NCBI GenBank assembly: GCA_029953675.1
Contig: JAMWBK010000001.1
Coordinates: 1,550,001 to 1,614,000 of the forward strand
Origin: Rhodosorus marinus CCMP1338
Lineage: Eukaryota; Plantae; Rhodophyta
DNA: 64,000 nucleotides
Direction: 5' to 3'
The notes beneath the pieces were generated by a model that saw nothing but the letters and a program-made list of their open reading frames with translations, did not search any database and had not been told where the DNA came from. The translations under genes and the position numbers were made by a program. Numbering within the stretch: position 1 is the stretch's first letter; each line of letters begins with the position of its first letter. Below, one piece after another: positions 1 to 10,868 of the stretch.

Positions 1-685
1 CACGATCAATCTATCCCCGGCTTCCTCGACCATGCTTTTTTCACCAAACAGACCCTCGTCACGCCCTTGCTCTCAACAGTTCAAAACGTAAATCGGGCTC
101 ATCACCTTTGACGAAGGAGCAAGGTGTGTGTCCTCTCTCTTCTTCCTTTTACGTCTCTCAGTATATCTATCTCCCTCTGCTCTATGTTAATCACCCCCAC
201 CATGCCACCCTGGTCACAGCTTCCGTGGGTGGCGATATATATATACTCTTCCGATGCAATCCGGTGGTAATTGAAGAGAATGAGGTAGTACCGAGAGCGA
301 TTGTCTATACTGGACTGGACTTACTTACAGTACCGTATGCTTACGATGGGTTAAAGAAAACGTTAAGTGCACACCAATCGTTCATATCGGTCTCCAATAT
401 ACTCAGTGAAGTCCAGTAAAGAAAACAAAGTGGGCTGTGAGTTGTTGTCGAGGATTGGGGTTTTGTTTCTTTTTCGGTCGCGAGCGTGTTCGTTTACGGG
501 AAGCGCTTCCTCTGGTACGCCTTCCCCTCGATTTTCCGCGGGGCGTCGTTTGCATTTGCAACTACTTCTGTCTTCCGGGTGGGTGTGTTGCGGGGCCTTT
601 CCTATTTGGGTTGGGTTTGGTCGATTATTCTCTCGGTGCGGTTTCATATTGGTGGTGCAACGTTTCCTTTGCGGATTCCCTCAGG

Positions 686-2096
686 ATGGTAGGGATATCT
701 CCGCGCTCGACGGAGCCTCCTCCCAAGGAGGCACTGCCAGGTGGGGGACTCCGTGTTCGCCTCAGCTGCGGCACGTTTTCTTCCGAGGTTGACATGGAAG
801 GCGCTTCTGGCACCCAGGCGCGTGCACTTATCTCCGCTGTCACCAGCCTGATCACGGCTGCGAGTGATCGTGGAGTGCTCCCTCAGCTCACCCAGAAGCT
901 AGGTGGGCTGGAATCGGGATTGCTGGCCAGGTCAAATTCAAATTCGGACTAGAATTTGAATTGCCCCCAGAGTGGCAGCGTTGGCTGAAGGCAGTCAACA
1001 TCAGGTCAATCAACATGAACCTGTAACGGGACAAGCGAGGGCGGTTGCTTCTGTGCGGGACAGTATGACGTTGGGGAGCGGCAGGCCGGGCCAAAACGCG
1101 CCTCAGCGCTCGGGGACTCGAGGCAATGGTGGTGGTGACTGTGCGGCAACCGGTGTGGAGGAGGCTGCAGCTGTGGACTTCCCTCTCTTGGACCAGCTCT
1201 CAGGTGGTCACCAGCTCCCGTCTACTGCGGGGGCACGTGGTGGCCGCAAGGGGGGCGCTTCGTACGCCTCAGTCTTGCGGAAGGGCACCACTGCAACACG
1301 TACGGCGGCCATGCTCCGTTTCCTACCATCTCGCGAGCCTCAGGATGGGCCTGTGGAGACCACTCTCCAATTTCTGTGGGTGCGAAATGTCCGGCCCCGG
1401 ACTACACGAGGCCAGGTTCCGTCTATGCGAGACTTCCGGGACACTCTTGCGGAATCGTTAGGGTGCAGCCGGGGTGATTTCTTCTTCGCAAACTATGAGG
1501 GCCGCGATGTGCTGTTTTTGGTCTCCGCAACCGCCGCCACGTACCTGGAGGCCTTGCTGGCGAAGCCTACCGAGCAGTGGCCTGAGAGCGCCCGGTGGCT
1601 GCGCTGCAACCCGCAGGTGGTTTTGCACTTCGATTTTGACCGTTTCTCGGGCAATTTCCTGTCTCCGGGAGAAACGGCAGGGCTCTCTGAGCATGAGAGC
1701 AGCGTGAAGGCGGCAGCGATCCATTGGCTACGGATTCAGCGCCGTGAGAGGATCTTGTTGGAGCGGTTCCGGTCGGGCCCTCGTCACCTGCGCATGGCGG
1801 TGTCCAGCTTCTTCGATCTGGAGAGGCGACTTGTGCTGACTTCTCGCTACAAGACAGAGCTGCAGCGGTTGGGGATTTTGGAGGGCTCTGCTTCCAGCAC
1901 CACTTCCAGCGAGAGTGGTGAGGCAGGGGAGCAGACTGAGGGCATGGTGGTGGAGGACGCCCAGGTTACTTTGCTGAGGCCCGCGGGATCCGTTCCGCGA
2001 GCCTCGCGGAGTGGGCGGCTCACGACTTTGGTGCGGATAGGAGGTAAGAGAGCGAGGACCGACTCCCCCGGGTCTAAGGGGGAGAAGAACGATTAG
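686..2096 (+). pseudogene. Family A ORF1 (unknown function), disrupted by a TAG at 950-952 and an extra C near 965
   Basis: Track ORFs 437..952 and 972..2096 join when compared with the copies at 33669-32261 and 53524-54931 (GAG vs TAG; CCCC vs CCCCC). The start MVGISP at 686 matches family B ORF1 MVGVSP. Confidence 0.8.
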
Positions 2097-2127
2097 CGCT
2101 CCAGGCACGGCTGCGAGGTCGCAGCCT

Positions 2128-4935
2128 ATGGATCTACAGTCTTATGTCCTGAAGGAGGGCGGAGGCTGGGGCATTTGGCGTACGCGTTTTCGGAGTTGGC
2201 TCCGGCGGTGGATTTCTTTGGAAGGAGGCTCGCTTCCCCTCCGTGGGGGTATTCCCCCAGTCGTCCTCCCTCGTGGAGACCTTCTAGTAGCTGGAACCAT
2301 TCTCGATTTCATCTTCACGAGCCTGGCTCGTAACATTCCGGACACAGTCATTTGGGTTTTTCTGGGGGTCATGCCGCGCCTGATTCTGGCCCCCATTCAC
2401 ACATCGGAGCGCAGATGGCGATTACGAGACCGACTGGCCCTGTTCTTGAAGGGAGACTTCGAAGTACTACAGCGCAGCTATTTGGCATCGTCAGCACCTT
2501 CCGCCCGTCGAACTCGGCATGGCACAGTGTCGCCCGTGCCGGCTCGAGTACAGAAATTGGTAGCAGTGGGCGATTTAAGTCGAGCGGCGCGGGTTTTGGA
2601 GGGCCAGGCGCCTGTCCTCCCCTACGATGATAGTCTCGCCCAGACGGTGTCGTCTTTGTTCCCTGAGTCCGACGTGGACTTGTCCCCTGAATTCGAGGTA
2701 TTCTTGGACCGTCCGGAGTTGGCCAAGTTTCGCATCGATCTGACGCTCAGTGAGTCTGACCTGGAGGATTTGCTTCGTACCTCGCGTCGGGGACGCTGTC
2801 CCGGACCCTCCGGACTAAGAACAGAGCTATTGCAGGCCCTGAGCCAGCCTGGCAAGAGCGCGCTTCTGAGGATCCTTAACAAGTTGTTCCAGGGCGTATC
2901 GGGTGCGTCTGCGCCATGGGAACATCTCCGGCAGGCACAGCTTTGCTTGCTCACGAAACCTGACCACCAGCCGGCCCACCCGCGTCTCTGGCCGATTCGG
3001 GGTGGTGGAGAGCCTACGGAAGTTAGCCGGGAGATGGCTATGCCAGCGCCTTCGCCAGCGAGTCACAGCTTTCATGGCGCCCTTGCAAGTAGGGGTGGGA
3101 TTTTCTGGGGGTTGCGAACTGATCACCCATGGGATCGAGCTAGAACGCGCCAGTAGGCCGGAGTGGGAAGTCTTGGTGGTTGATTTCCGGAACGCATTCA
3201 ACAGCGTGTCGCGGACGCATGCGCTAGAGGTGCTCCGACGGGTGTTTCCGGAGGCGTGGCCGTTTCTATCGGGTATTTACGGAGGGGAGAGCCTCCCCTA
3301 CTTGACAACGGAGGGCACTGTTTTTCAAGCACATACTGGCGTCCAACAAGGCGACCCTTGCGGACCTCTTCTTCATGCCTGTGCCCTACAGCTCGTACTT
3401 TTACGTCTTTCGACTGAGGTCTCGGATCTTCGAATCTGCGCGTACCACGATGACGTAACATTGCTGGGCACCCCTGACACCCTGGCTAGGGGGCTGACCG
3501 AGATCGAAGCGATTGCACGTCGCGTCGGTTTGACTGTGGAAACAGAAAAATGTCGCTTCCTCCCCCCGAGGGACGTGTCGCTGGCCTCTCTGCCACCCAC
3601 TCTGCAACTAATCAGCGAACGTGAAGGGTTCGAGCACCACGGCGTCGGATTGGGCACTGACAACTTTGTCCAAGCATCCTGCGAGCGAGTTTTAGCATGG
3701 CACAAGCAACTCACCGACGCCATTGAGCACCTACCCGACAGCATGCTGCGATCGGCCTGCTTGCTTTCCCGCTTTTGTGCCGGTCCCAGACTCAACTACT
3801 GGTTGCGTAGCTGCCTCCAGCTTGGGGCTCGTGGATCGCGGCTAAAGCCGACGAGATGACCCTGCAACACTGGGGAGCGCTCTTGGATGAGCCCCTCGAT
3901 CTTGAAGCTGCTCCCGACAGGGACTTGATTCGTGCACAGATCGCTCTACCGTTGCGATTAGGCGGATTCGCAGACCGTGGGCTGGTATCCTCGCCAGCAG
4001 CGGTTGCCTCCTGGGCTACCGCGCTGCGAACGTTGGTGACCTTCCAGATGCGAAGTGCCTGCCTCTTGGCTCGAGCTTTGACCAACGAGGATCCAGTGAC
4101 CCTGCCGCCCCCGCTTTTGACAATTTGTGATGGCCTTCAACACGCGTTCAGGAGGTGCAACGCCGTGCCGGACGCAAATCGGTCCCGCTTTCGTTCCTGG
4201 AGAGAGCTGTTATGGGGACGAACTGAAGCGATTGAGGATTCTCCCCTCGACCGAGTTCTTGCCGACGACGGAGAGGCTAGCCCCGGGTCACCTGTTGCAG
4301 ACTACCCGGGTTTGAGCCGATTGTGGAGCTCCCGCGCTGATGTGATTCAACATAGCCTCACCTGGGGCCAACACAGTGCCGCTCACACGGTCATGCTCAA
4401 TTCTCCTCTCACGCCGCCTACCACTGCCGCTCGTCTCCGCGGCATGGGAGGCCACCTCTTGCACTTGTGGTTAACCACTCTACCGTCATCATTGAGTCAT
4501 CGGCTCGATGCTTTCCAGTTCCGTTCTGCCGCACGGATCTATCTCGGTTTGCCACAGGCTCCGTGGCACTCTAATCGGCCGTCTTTCTGTCAGGGATGTG
4601 AGAGCCGGATTGACGCTTGTGGCTACCACTTCCTGGGTTCCTGCAGACTGTTGAGAGGTCTCCGTATGAGGCGTCCCACTCGCCTCAAGTACATCCTCAG
4701 CGAATTTTTGACTCGGATAGGGCATACGGTTGAGGTTGAGTCGGAACTGCCCAGATCAATCTCGGACTCTGCACCGCCCCGTTGTATAGCCGATCTCCTC
4801 GTCTCCGACGCTGCTGCCAGACGCTCAACATATGTGGACCTTGCGATTACCTGCCCCGTGGCCAGCGCCTACCTCACCGCAGCCGCCCGCCGCCGGGGAG
4901 CCGCGGCGCCTGGGTTTGCACGCTCCCCTCCCTAG
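2128..4935 (+). pseudogene. Family A ORF2 (RT-CCHC-RLE), frameshifted, with a C-terminal deletion
   Basis: Motifs LQVGVGFSGG, VDFRNAFNSV, GVQQGDPCGP, AYHDD, CQGC..H..C, ADLLV..YVDLAI lie across track ORFs 2128..3156, 2903..3859 and 3856..4935. About 250 bp is missing at 4907 relative to other copies. Confidence 0.9.
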
Positions 4936-5030
4936 TTCTTAGTTCCTTCTCACGCCTTGCGTAGCGCTTCAGTCTATGCTAATAAAATCCAGTAAAGCCA
5001 GTAAAGCCCAAGCCCAGTGAAGCCAGTTAA

Positions 5031-5912
5031 ACCACCGCCGCTCGCTTCCGCGGCCTGCCAGGCCATCTATCCACTTGTGGTTAACGACTCCACCTTTTTC
5101 ACTGGCTCACCGTCTCGATGCCTTCCAGTCTCGCTCTGCAGTGCGGATCTACCTGGGTTTACCACAAGCTCCGTGGCACTGTAATCGGCTGTCTTTCTGT
5201 CAGGGATGTGAGGGTCGGATTGACGTTTGTGGCTACCACTTCTTGGGTTCATGACTGTTGAGAGGTCTTCGTCCGAGGCGTAAGACTCGTTTCAAGTAAG
5301 TGCTCAGCGAATGTTTGACTCTGGCAAGGTATACGGTTGAGATGGAATCGGAACTGCCCAGATCGGTCTCGGACACGACGCCGCCCCGCTATATCGCAGA
5401 CCTCCTCGTCTCGGACGCTGCCGCCAGACGCTCAGTATATGTGGACCTCGCGATTACACGCCCTGGGGCAAGCGCCCATCTCACTGCTGCCGCCCGCCGC
5501 CGCGGGGCAGCCGTTTCGGCCCTTCGTCGAGTGAAGGAACGACCGTATGCTGAGATTATGGCCAATCTGCCTTGCGCAGAGGGTCGCTCCCACCGGTTCC
5601 ACCCTTTCATTGTGGAAAGTTTTGGTCACGTGGAGAAATCGGGTTTGGAGTGGTTACGGAAATGTTTCACTGAGCATCCTACCGAATACTTCGAACTTTC
5701 ACCCCATTTAAGTGCCCCTCTGTGGCTAAATTCTAGCAGCATGCTTGCCGAGCCCCATGCTTGCCGCGCCATCGGCGCCTGGGTTTGCACGCGTCCCTAA
5801 CTAGTTCTTAGTTCCTTTTCACGCCTTGCGTATCGCTTTAGGCTATGCTAGTAGTAAAAACTAGTGTAGCGTAGCGCTTCAGGCTATGCTAGTAAAGCCC
5901 AGTAGTAAAAAC
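5031..5912 (+). mobile_element. 5'-truncated diverged A-subfamily (A') 3' fragment with a doubled 3' end
   Basis: RLE peptide YIADLLVSDAAARRSVYVDLAI..FHPFIVESFG (5300..5800). The terminal GCGTAGCGCTTCAGGCTATGCTAGT motif occurs twice (about 5828-5853 and 5870-5900). Confidence 0.88.
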
Positions 5913-5924
5913 CTAGAGAGCAAA

Positions 5925-6290
5925 ATGTCGGGATGCCATCGGGGCCCATAATGAATTCCAATTTGTTCCCTTCGCAGTCGTAGGGTTTGGACGACTAGGT
6001 CAAGCTGCCCAAGACTTCATCCCCGAGATTACCGAACGTCTTCAGCACAAAGTGGACGCAAAATCGCTCGTGCTCGTGGAGCTTAATCGAGAGCTATGGC
6101 GTGGTACGGCTCGCTTGGCGATCCATGCCATGCGCAAAGAAATCATGTTCGGACACTGTTCCCCATAGAAAGTAGTCTTCTACCCCGCTCTAGAGTCTCC
6201 TTAGTCTAGCCCCTCCTGCTTTCCTTGCGTCTCTCTAGCGCTGCATTCGGTAGTTTGAATAAACGGAAACAGTAAAAACCAGTAAACCAC
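5925..6290 (+). mobile_element. 3' fragment of a distinct RLE family (C)
   Basis: Translates to ..QFVPFAVVGFGRLGQAAQDF..ELNRELWRG.., an RLE C-terminus pattern. A homologous copy at 16345-16800 has the same ending AATAAACGGAAACAGTAAAA. Confidence 0.75.
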
Positions 6291-6709
6291 CCCTAGGGAG
6301 GAGAGAGAGCCCCCGAACCAACCATAGCACCAGAAACACCGGAGCAAGACCAGAGAAGGCAACACCTCCGGCGAAAAAGCCCTACGGCCATCAGATCAGG
6401 CCCCAATCCAGCACCAGTAACCGCTCAAACCCAGATGCCATGTCCAGAGGCTCTCGTCGCTTACTCAGCGCCATTCAAGGCCTAACTTGGAAGTTTTTTA
6501 ATTCGATTTTAACAGACTATAATGAACCAACCCAGGTATGCTCGCCTACCCTCAAGCGCTACGTTGCCTGTGGTGGGAAACTAAAGGCTAGGCCTGAAGC
6601 CCTATTTAGGGTGTCGCGGCAAGAGTGCGCCTCGGCGATCATTTTGGTCGAGTATCGCCTGGTGGTATTCGCCCGTACTAGGAACCCAACCAGACGTGCA
6701 CAAAAGTTT

Positions 6710-8023
6710 TTAATTCTGTGGGCGGGTTCCGCACTGAATTTCAACCTTGCTTCCTTCTTGGGAATTGCTGAATACTCCCTCGAGTGTGATATCCCCCGTG
6801 AATTTGAAACCTTGATTATAGTCGTCGCGGCAGAAATTCGCTATCGTCGCGTCTCCTTCTGAGCTATTGTGAATGAATGTCCCCAGATTCATGGGTGTCC
6901 CTGTGCTTCCAATTGTCAATTGGAGATTGCTCACGATTATAGCGGCTTCCGCGTCAGGTGTCCCCTGTGCTCTAACAAACAGCTCACAGATTTCATGGTC
7001 CAAAATTTCACCAGTGATAGGGTTTACCATGCCACTGCTACTGTTCACGGCCATATATTCCCTCTCTAATGATCCATTGGAAACAGTTGTATGCGTCCCA
7101 GCAACAAGGCCACTTGATGGCTCGTACTCGAGGGAGAAACTCATATCGGGCTGGTTGCCTAGGTTGCCGTCTGCAGCTCGATTTGTAGCTTGACCCAGAT
7201 CCCCAAAGCCCAAGAAGAAGGTTTGACTCTGACCGCCATCTAGATTTCGTACGCGGACAGCCGCACCTTTCATATCTTTCACGCAGGGCTGGGGACAAGT
7301 GACATCGATGCTCACGATTCCCGCGCGTACTTTCTCACATTTAGCACTGTCTCCCGCCTTGCATTGTACGGTTAATTTCTCGAACGATTTCGAAATGAAC
7401 TGGATTTTTTTCCATCTTGGAATGCAACTAGTACATTCCGGGCTTTTCTCGCTCTCGTAATAACCCTTGCACCTGAGGTCCCGAGAGAGGTTACAGGACT
7501 CCTCTGCAGAAGTCACTTCCACCTGGCAGAATGCGCATCCGTCACCGGGGTTCCCCGCGCACGAATAGTCACCATTGACAAGGGTTGCACCTTCGGGCAG
7601 CTGACTCTGGAGCTCAGCCTCCCAGTCTGCATTCCAGCCCTCGGGTATCGTGCAAAGACCACACAGTACCGCTCCCGCAGTATCGCAGCATTCCAAGTCG
7701 TAGTTTTGCGTCGATTCACTTCCGTTGGACCCATCATAACATTGTTTACATCTCCCACCGGTGCAGTTTGGAAAAGTCTGCACTGCGTTGCAATGTTCAT
7801 CGCAGCACTGTGTGCAAAGCACTTCCGGGTCCGGCTTCTCCAGGCCGACATCAACCCAGTGATCATCGTCACATTCCTTGACGAAGTTCATCCGCACCGG
7901 CTTGCACGTGGTACCAACGTTGCAAATATCTCTGCAGCTGTAGTCGTTGCAAATCCTTGATCTACCGAACGCGCCAAGCAAAAGCGTCAAAAAGGCCAAG
8001 AGAAACCTCATACGCAACATCAC
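6710..8023 (-). CDS. Predicted secreted Cys-rich protein (about 435 aa), unknown function
   Basis: Uninterrupted 437-codon ORF. Hydrophobic N-terminus MRFLLAFLTLLLGAFG (signal-peptide-like; likely Met at 8020 or 8011), many Cys in the N-terminal half, beta-rich C-terminal half. Not TE-like. Confidence 0.8.
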   Translation of the reverse strand: MMLRMRFLLAFLTLLLGAFGRSRICNDYSCRDICNVGTTCKPVRMNFVKECDDDHWVDVGLEKPDPEVLCTQCCDEHCNAVQTFPNCTGGRCKQCYDGSNGSESTQNYDLECCDTAGAVLCGLCTIPEGWNADWEAELQSQLPEGATLVNGDYSCAGNPGDGCAFCQVEVTSAEESCNLSRDLRCKGYYESEKSPECTSCIPRWKKIQFISKSFEKLTVQCKAGDSAKCEKVRAGIVSIDVTCPQPCVKDMKGAAVRVRNLDGGQSQTFFLGFGDLGQATNRAADGNLGNQPDMSFSLEYEPSSGLVAGTHTTVSNGSLEREYMAVNSSSGMVNPITGEILDHEICELFVRAQGTPDAEAAIIVSNLQLTIGSTGTPMNLGTFIHNSSEGDATIANFCRDDYNQGFKFTGDITLEGVFSNSQEGSKVEIQCGTRPQN

Positions 8024-9139
8024 GGCTATTTTCTCTCCCCTACGACTGGCTCGGCTCCACTCTTAACAAAAGCTTCTATCTCCCAGGACGAAAAGAAAAC
8101 GAAAACGAAAACCGAAGACCTACCGCCTCATCTCGCGCCTGCTCACACCCTCAGCACTCTTTACCGCACAGCTCCATCTCCAGGTCCGATCAGGGTTCTT
8201 ATAGTCAAACACCCCTCCAAAACTCTCTCCCCCGCCCTCTCTCATCCAGCATCCAGGCGGTATCTTTTTCACACGAGGATCGGAATCCGCAAACTAAAAA
8301 CATAAAATCAAAAAAACTGGTGCTGGTCGTTTTCCAAGCTTTGAACGCTCTTCCCGCTCGCCTCACCTACCACATTGTCATTTCCAAGTTTTGACCGCTT
8401 TTCCACGCTCGCCTCTTTTACGACCCCCCTCCCACGTAAGCAACACAAACAAAAAAAATCCCCGCTCCTCCCTCGTTGCAATAGTCAATCCTTCATGTCG
8501 ATCTCGTGATAGTCAGGGATCGCATTGATCTTCCGAAGGTTGATAGGCCTAGGCTTGGGAATATCTAGAGCACAAGCAAACAAGCGGCCTTTCTTGCGGA
8601 TCCCTCGCCATCAGAGCGGGGACATGGACGTTGCCCTAACGCACGACGCGGAAACGAGCTAGTAAGCTCTTACTACCACTACTTCAAGATACCGTATGAG
8701 AGCACGGGTGCTGCAGAAAAAGTAGATTAAAGGTGGTTCTGTGTAGGGAAACCCCAGTGCCATGTACGAGACTAGATTCTATAGGTAGCAATGTGTACGC
8801 TTTCGGAGCCCCAAGAGCGAGGCAGTCGACAGAGACTTACGCCAGGCGGGGAAACAAGCTACTAACACAAACTTAAACATATCGAAGGTGGGCCGCTGAA
8901 GAAAAGCAAATTTAAGGTGGATTCCAAATGATATGTACAAGACTAGATTCTACTGGCAGGAATGTGCCCGCAGCTTCAGATCTTTGCTCGTCGCCCATGC
9001 ATGTCACCGTTTGCTTTAGATCAACATATTAGGTGGGATGCAACCTCAAAGGTGAAAACCAACCTCTCAAAGTGTGTGCCGCAGATTTTTTCCCGTCCAG
9101 GTCGCTCCAACGTGGTTAGAGAGAGAAAAAAACAAGTGC

Positions 9140-9669
9140 GGTTTGTTTCACCCAGTTTTAGCTAACTTTCTTCCAACTATTGGTCTAACATCTGCTCCCC
9201 CCCAGGTTGTTTTGTATTCCTTTTGTTCCACGGCGTGTTGACTTTTTGATGTAAACCTTGAGGTCTGTTCTGGTCTTGAATCAAAAATTTGCACCCTCTC
9301 CTCTAACAGAATGCGACGGAAGTGTAGCGACCTTCTTTTCATTCCGCACTTGTTTTTTTCTCTCTCCAACGTAGTTGTTTTCTCTCTCCACTATAGTTGT
9401 TTTCTCTCTCCACTATAGTTGTTTTCTCTCTCCACTACGTTGGAGAGAGAAAAAAACAAGTGCGGAATGAAAAGAAGGTCGCTACACTTCCGTCGCATTC
9501 TGTTAGAGGAGAGGGTGCAAATTTTTGATTCAAGACCAGAACAGACCTCAAGGTTTACATCAAAAAGTCAACACGCCGTGAAACAAAAGGAATACAAAAC
9601 AACCTGGGGGGGAGCAGATGTTAGACCAATAGTTGGAAGAAAGTTAGCTAAAACTGGGTGAAACAAACC
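9140..9669. repeat. Long inverted repeat: 236-bp arms (9140-9375 / 9434-9669) with a 58-bp spacer
   Basis: The arms are reverse complements with one mismatch seen (GTGGAACA vs GTGAAACA). The same peptide appears in track ORFs 9148..9369(-) and 9419..9661(+). Confidence 0.97.
9372..9437 (+). repeat. Tandem repeat, 3 x 22 bp (TAGTTGTTTTCTCTCTCCACTA)
   Basis: Read directly; it forms the spacer of the inverted repeat. Confidence 0.95.
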
Positions 9670-9733
9670 AAACCAAACCCAAACCCCCCTAAAAGGAACA
9701 GAACTTAATCCTTCTCACTTGGCCCGGAGGAAT

Positions 9734-9789
9734 TTTTTTTTTTCAGCCTCCGATTAAACCATTCGTTCGTTCGTTCGTTCGTTCGTTTC
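9734..9789 (+). mobile_element. 56-bp family B 3' terminus with (TTCG)n tail
   Basis: TTTCAGCCTCCGATTAAACCATTCG(TTCG)n is identical to the B 3' end, flanked by GAGGAAT repeats at 9727-9733 and 9790-9796. Confidence 0.9.
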
Positions 9790-10199
9790 GAGGAATAAGG
9801 CCGCGACAGATCTCAAAGGTCGAGTGGTTCCAACTCTCTGATCTTGGAGGCACTCGATCTTCACCAGAGAGAGAGAGCGAGAGAGAACGTATGCTTATCC
9901 GTGACGTACCTCCTTTTCGAGGAGCGTGTTTATCGGATGGCTGAAAAAAAAAAAAATCATCGTGGCGACAAGGTGGAGATCACACCACCCGCCTCCAACA
10001 GTGGAGTGTGCTCCAACATTTTTTTTTTTTTTAATCCACCACCCGTTCATACGGCGAAGATCAAAAAGCAGCATACGTTCGGAATTCTTTTCGAAACACA
10101 AAGTAGAACGAATACTGTATCGAAAAGCATATGCAACATTTGCATCCATTTTAAATTATAATTCAGCTAGTCTATTTGCTCACCGTCAATGGTTTTTAA

Positions 10200-10282
10200 T
10201 GGGCTGGTTTTTATTAACATAGCCTAAAAGCGCTGCGCAAGGCGTGAAGAGGAACTAAGAACTAGGTAGGGAAGCGTGGCAA
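10200..10282 (-). mobile_element. Short A' 3' end
   Basis: Reverse complement of ..CTTCCCTACCTAGTTCTTAGTTCCTCTTCACGCCTTGCGCAGCGCTTTTAGGCTATG.. Confidence 0.8.
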
Positions 10283-10484
10283 TGTGGACATGACCTCATA
10301 AATTGAATGAATAAATGGGTTGCATGAGGCATCTCTCTCAACAGATTCGTTGGTTTGGAATCTCCCCCTCTAGCCGGAGAAGAACCCTGGGCGAGAAAGG
10401 AAGACCCTTGGTTACTGTAGCTGAGAAAGTCCTACCGAATGCTTGGAACTCCTGCGACGTAATAGTATCGCCCTGTGGCGGTAT

Positions 10485-10735
10485 TCTGGTTTTTATGAAT
10501 ATAGCCAAAAGCGCTACACAAGGCGTGAAAAGGAAGTAAGAACTAGGTACAGTAACGTACAACCCAGGCGCCGATGACGCGCTTCGGCAAGTATGCTGTT
10601 TTAGAATAACGCCACAGGGAGACACTTAAACGGCGTAAGAATTCCAAGTACTCGGTAGGATGCTCAGCGAAACATTTCCGCAACCACTCCAAACCCGATT
10701 TCTCAACCTGGCCACCTCGATTTTTCCCACCTCAA
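10485..10735 (-). mobile_element. Diverged A' 3' fragment
   Basis: Matches the RLE C-terminal coding region and 3'UTR of other A' copies. Confidence 0.8.
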
Positions 10736-10868
10736 GGAGGGGCGCTTTTTTCCGATCCTTCAATTCCGCGATTCGAAGTTGGAATGAGGGGTGCAAAAAA
10801 TCGACCAATATCGCTGCCAATCGGGGGGGGGGGGGCGAAAAAGTTGAGTTTTTGGGACCACTAGCATA

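Larger units (their letters stand above)
444..5030 (+). mobile_element. Full-length RLE non-LTR retrotransposon, family A, copy A1 (degenerate)
   Basis: The 5' end GTTGTCGAGGATTGGGG is shared with copies at 33911(-) and 53282(+). It has a T/G-rich 5'UTR, ORF1, ORF2 (RT + CCHC + RLE), and a 3' end GCGTAGCGCTTCAGTCTATGCTA followed by an AGTAAAGCC-type tail. No TSD found. Confidence 0.93.

Noticed and set aside
444-685. HDV-like ribozyme in the A 5'UTR, as in R2 elements
   Set aside because: I could not fold a nested double pseudoknot by eye. It needs an Infernal/RNArobo search, so it is neither supported nor excluded.
108-952. Short overlapping ORFs at the window start and across the A 5'UTR
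   Set aside because: They use non-ATG starts or are off-frame reads of the T/G-rich UTR. Only the frame from ATG 686 is supported by A/B homology.
8715-8975. Diverged direct repeat of about 70 bp (AAGGTGG..ATGTAC.AGACTAGATTCTA)
   Set aside because: Two degenerate copies with no further structure; an ordinary local duplication. The same applies to 15535-15565 / 15658-15688.
9372-9437. 22-bp repeats as CRISPR-like
   Set aside because: Directly tandem with no spacers.
9148-9661. Identical 73-80 aa ORFs on opposite strands
   Set aside because: A by-product of the inverted duplication; non-ATG starts and no recognisable protein features.
9661-9690. AAACC/AAACCC run as a telomeric repeat
   Set aside because: Only a few irregular units. 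No telomere array is present, so a subtelomeric location cannot be claimed.
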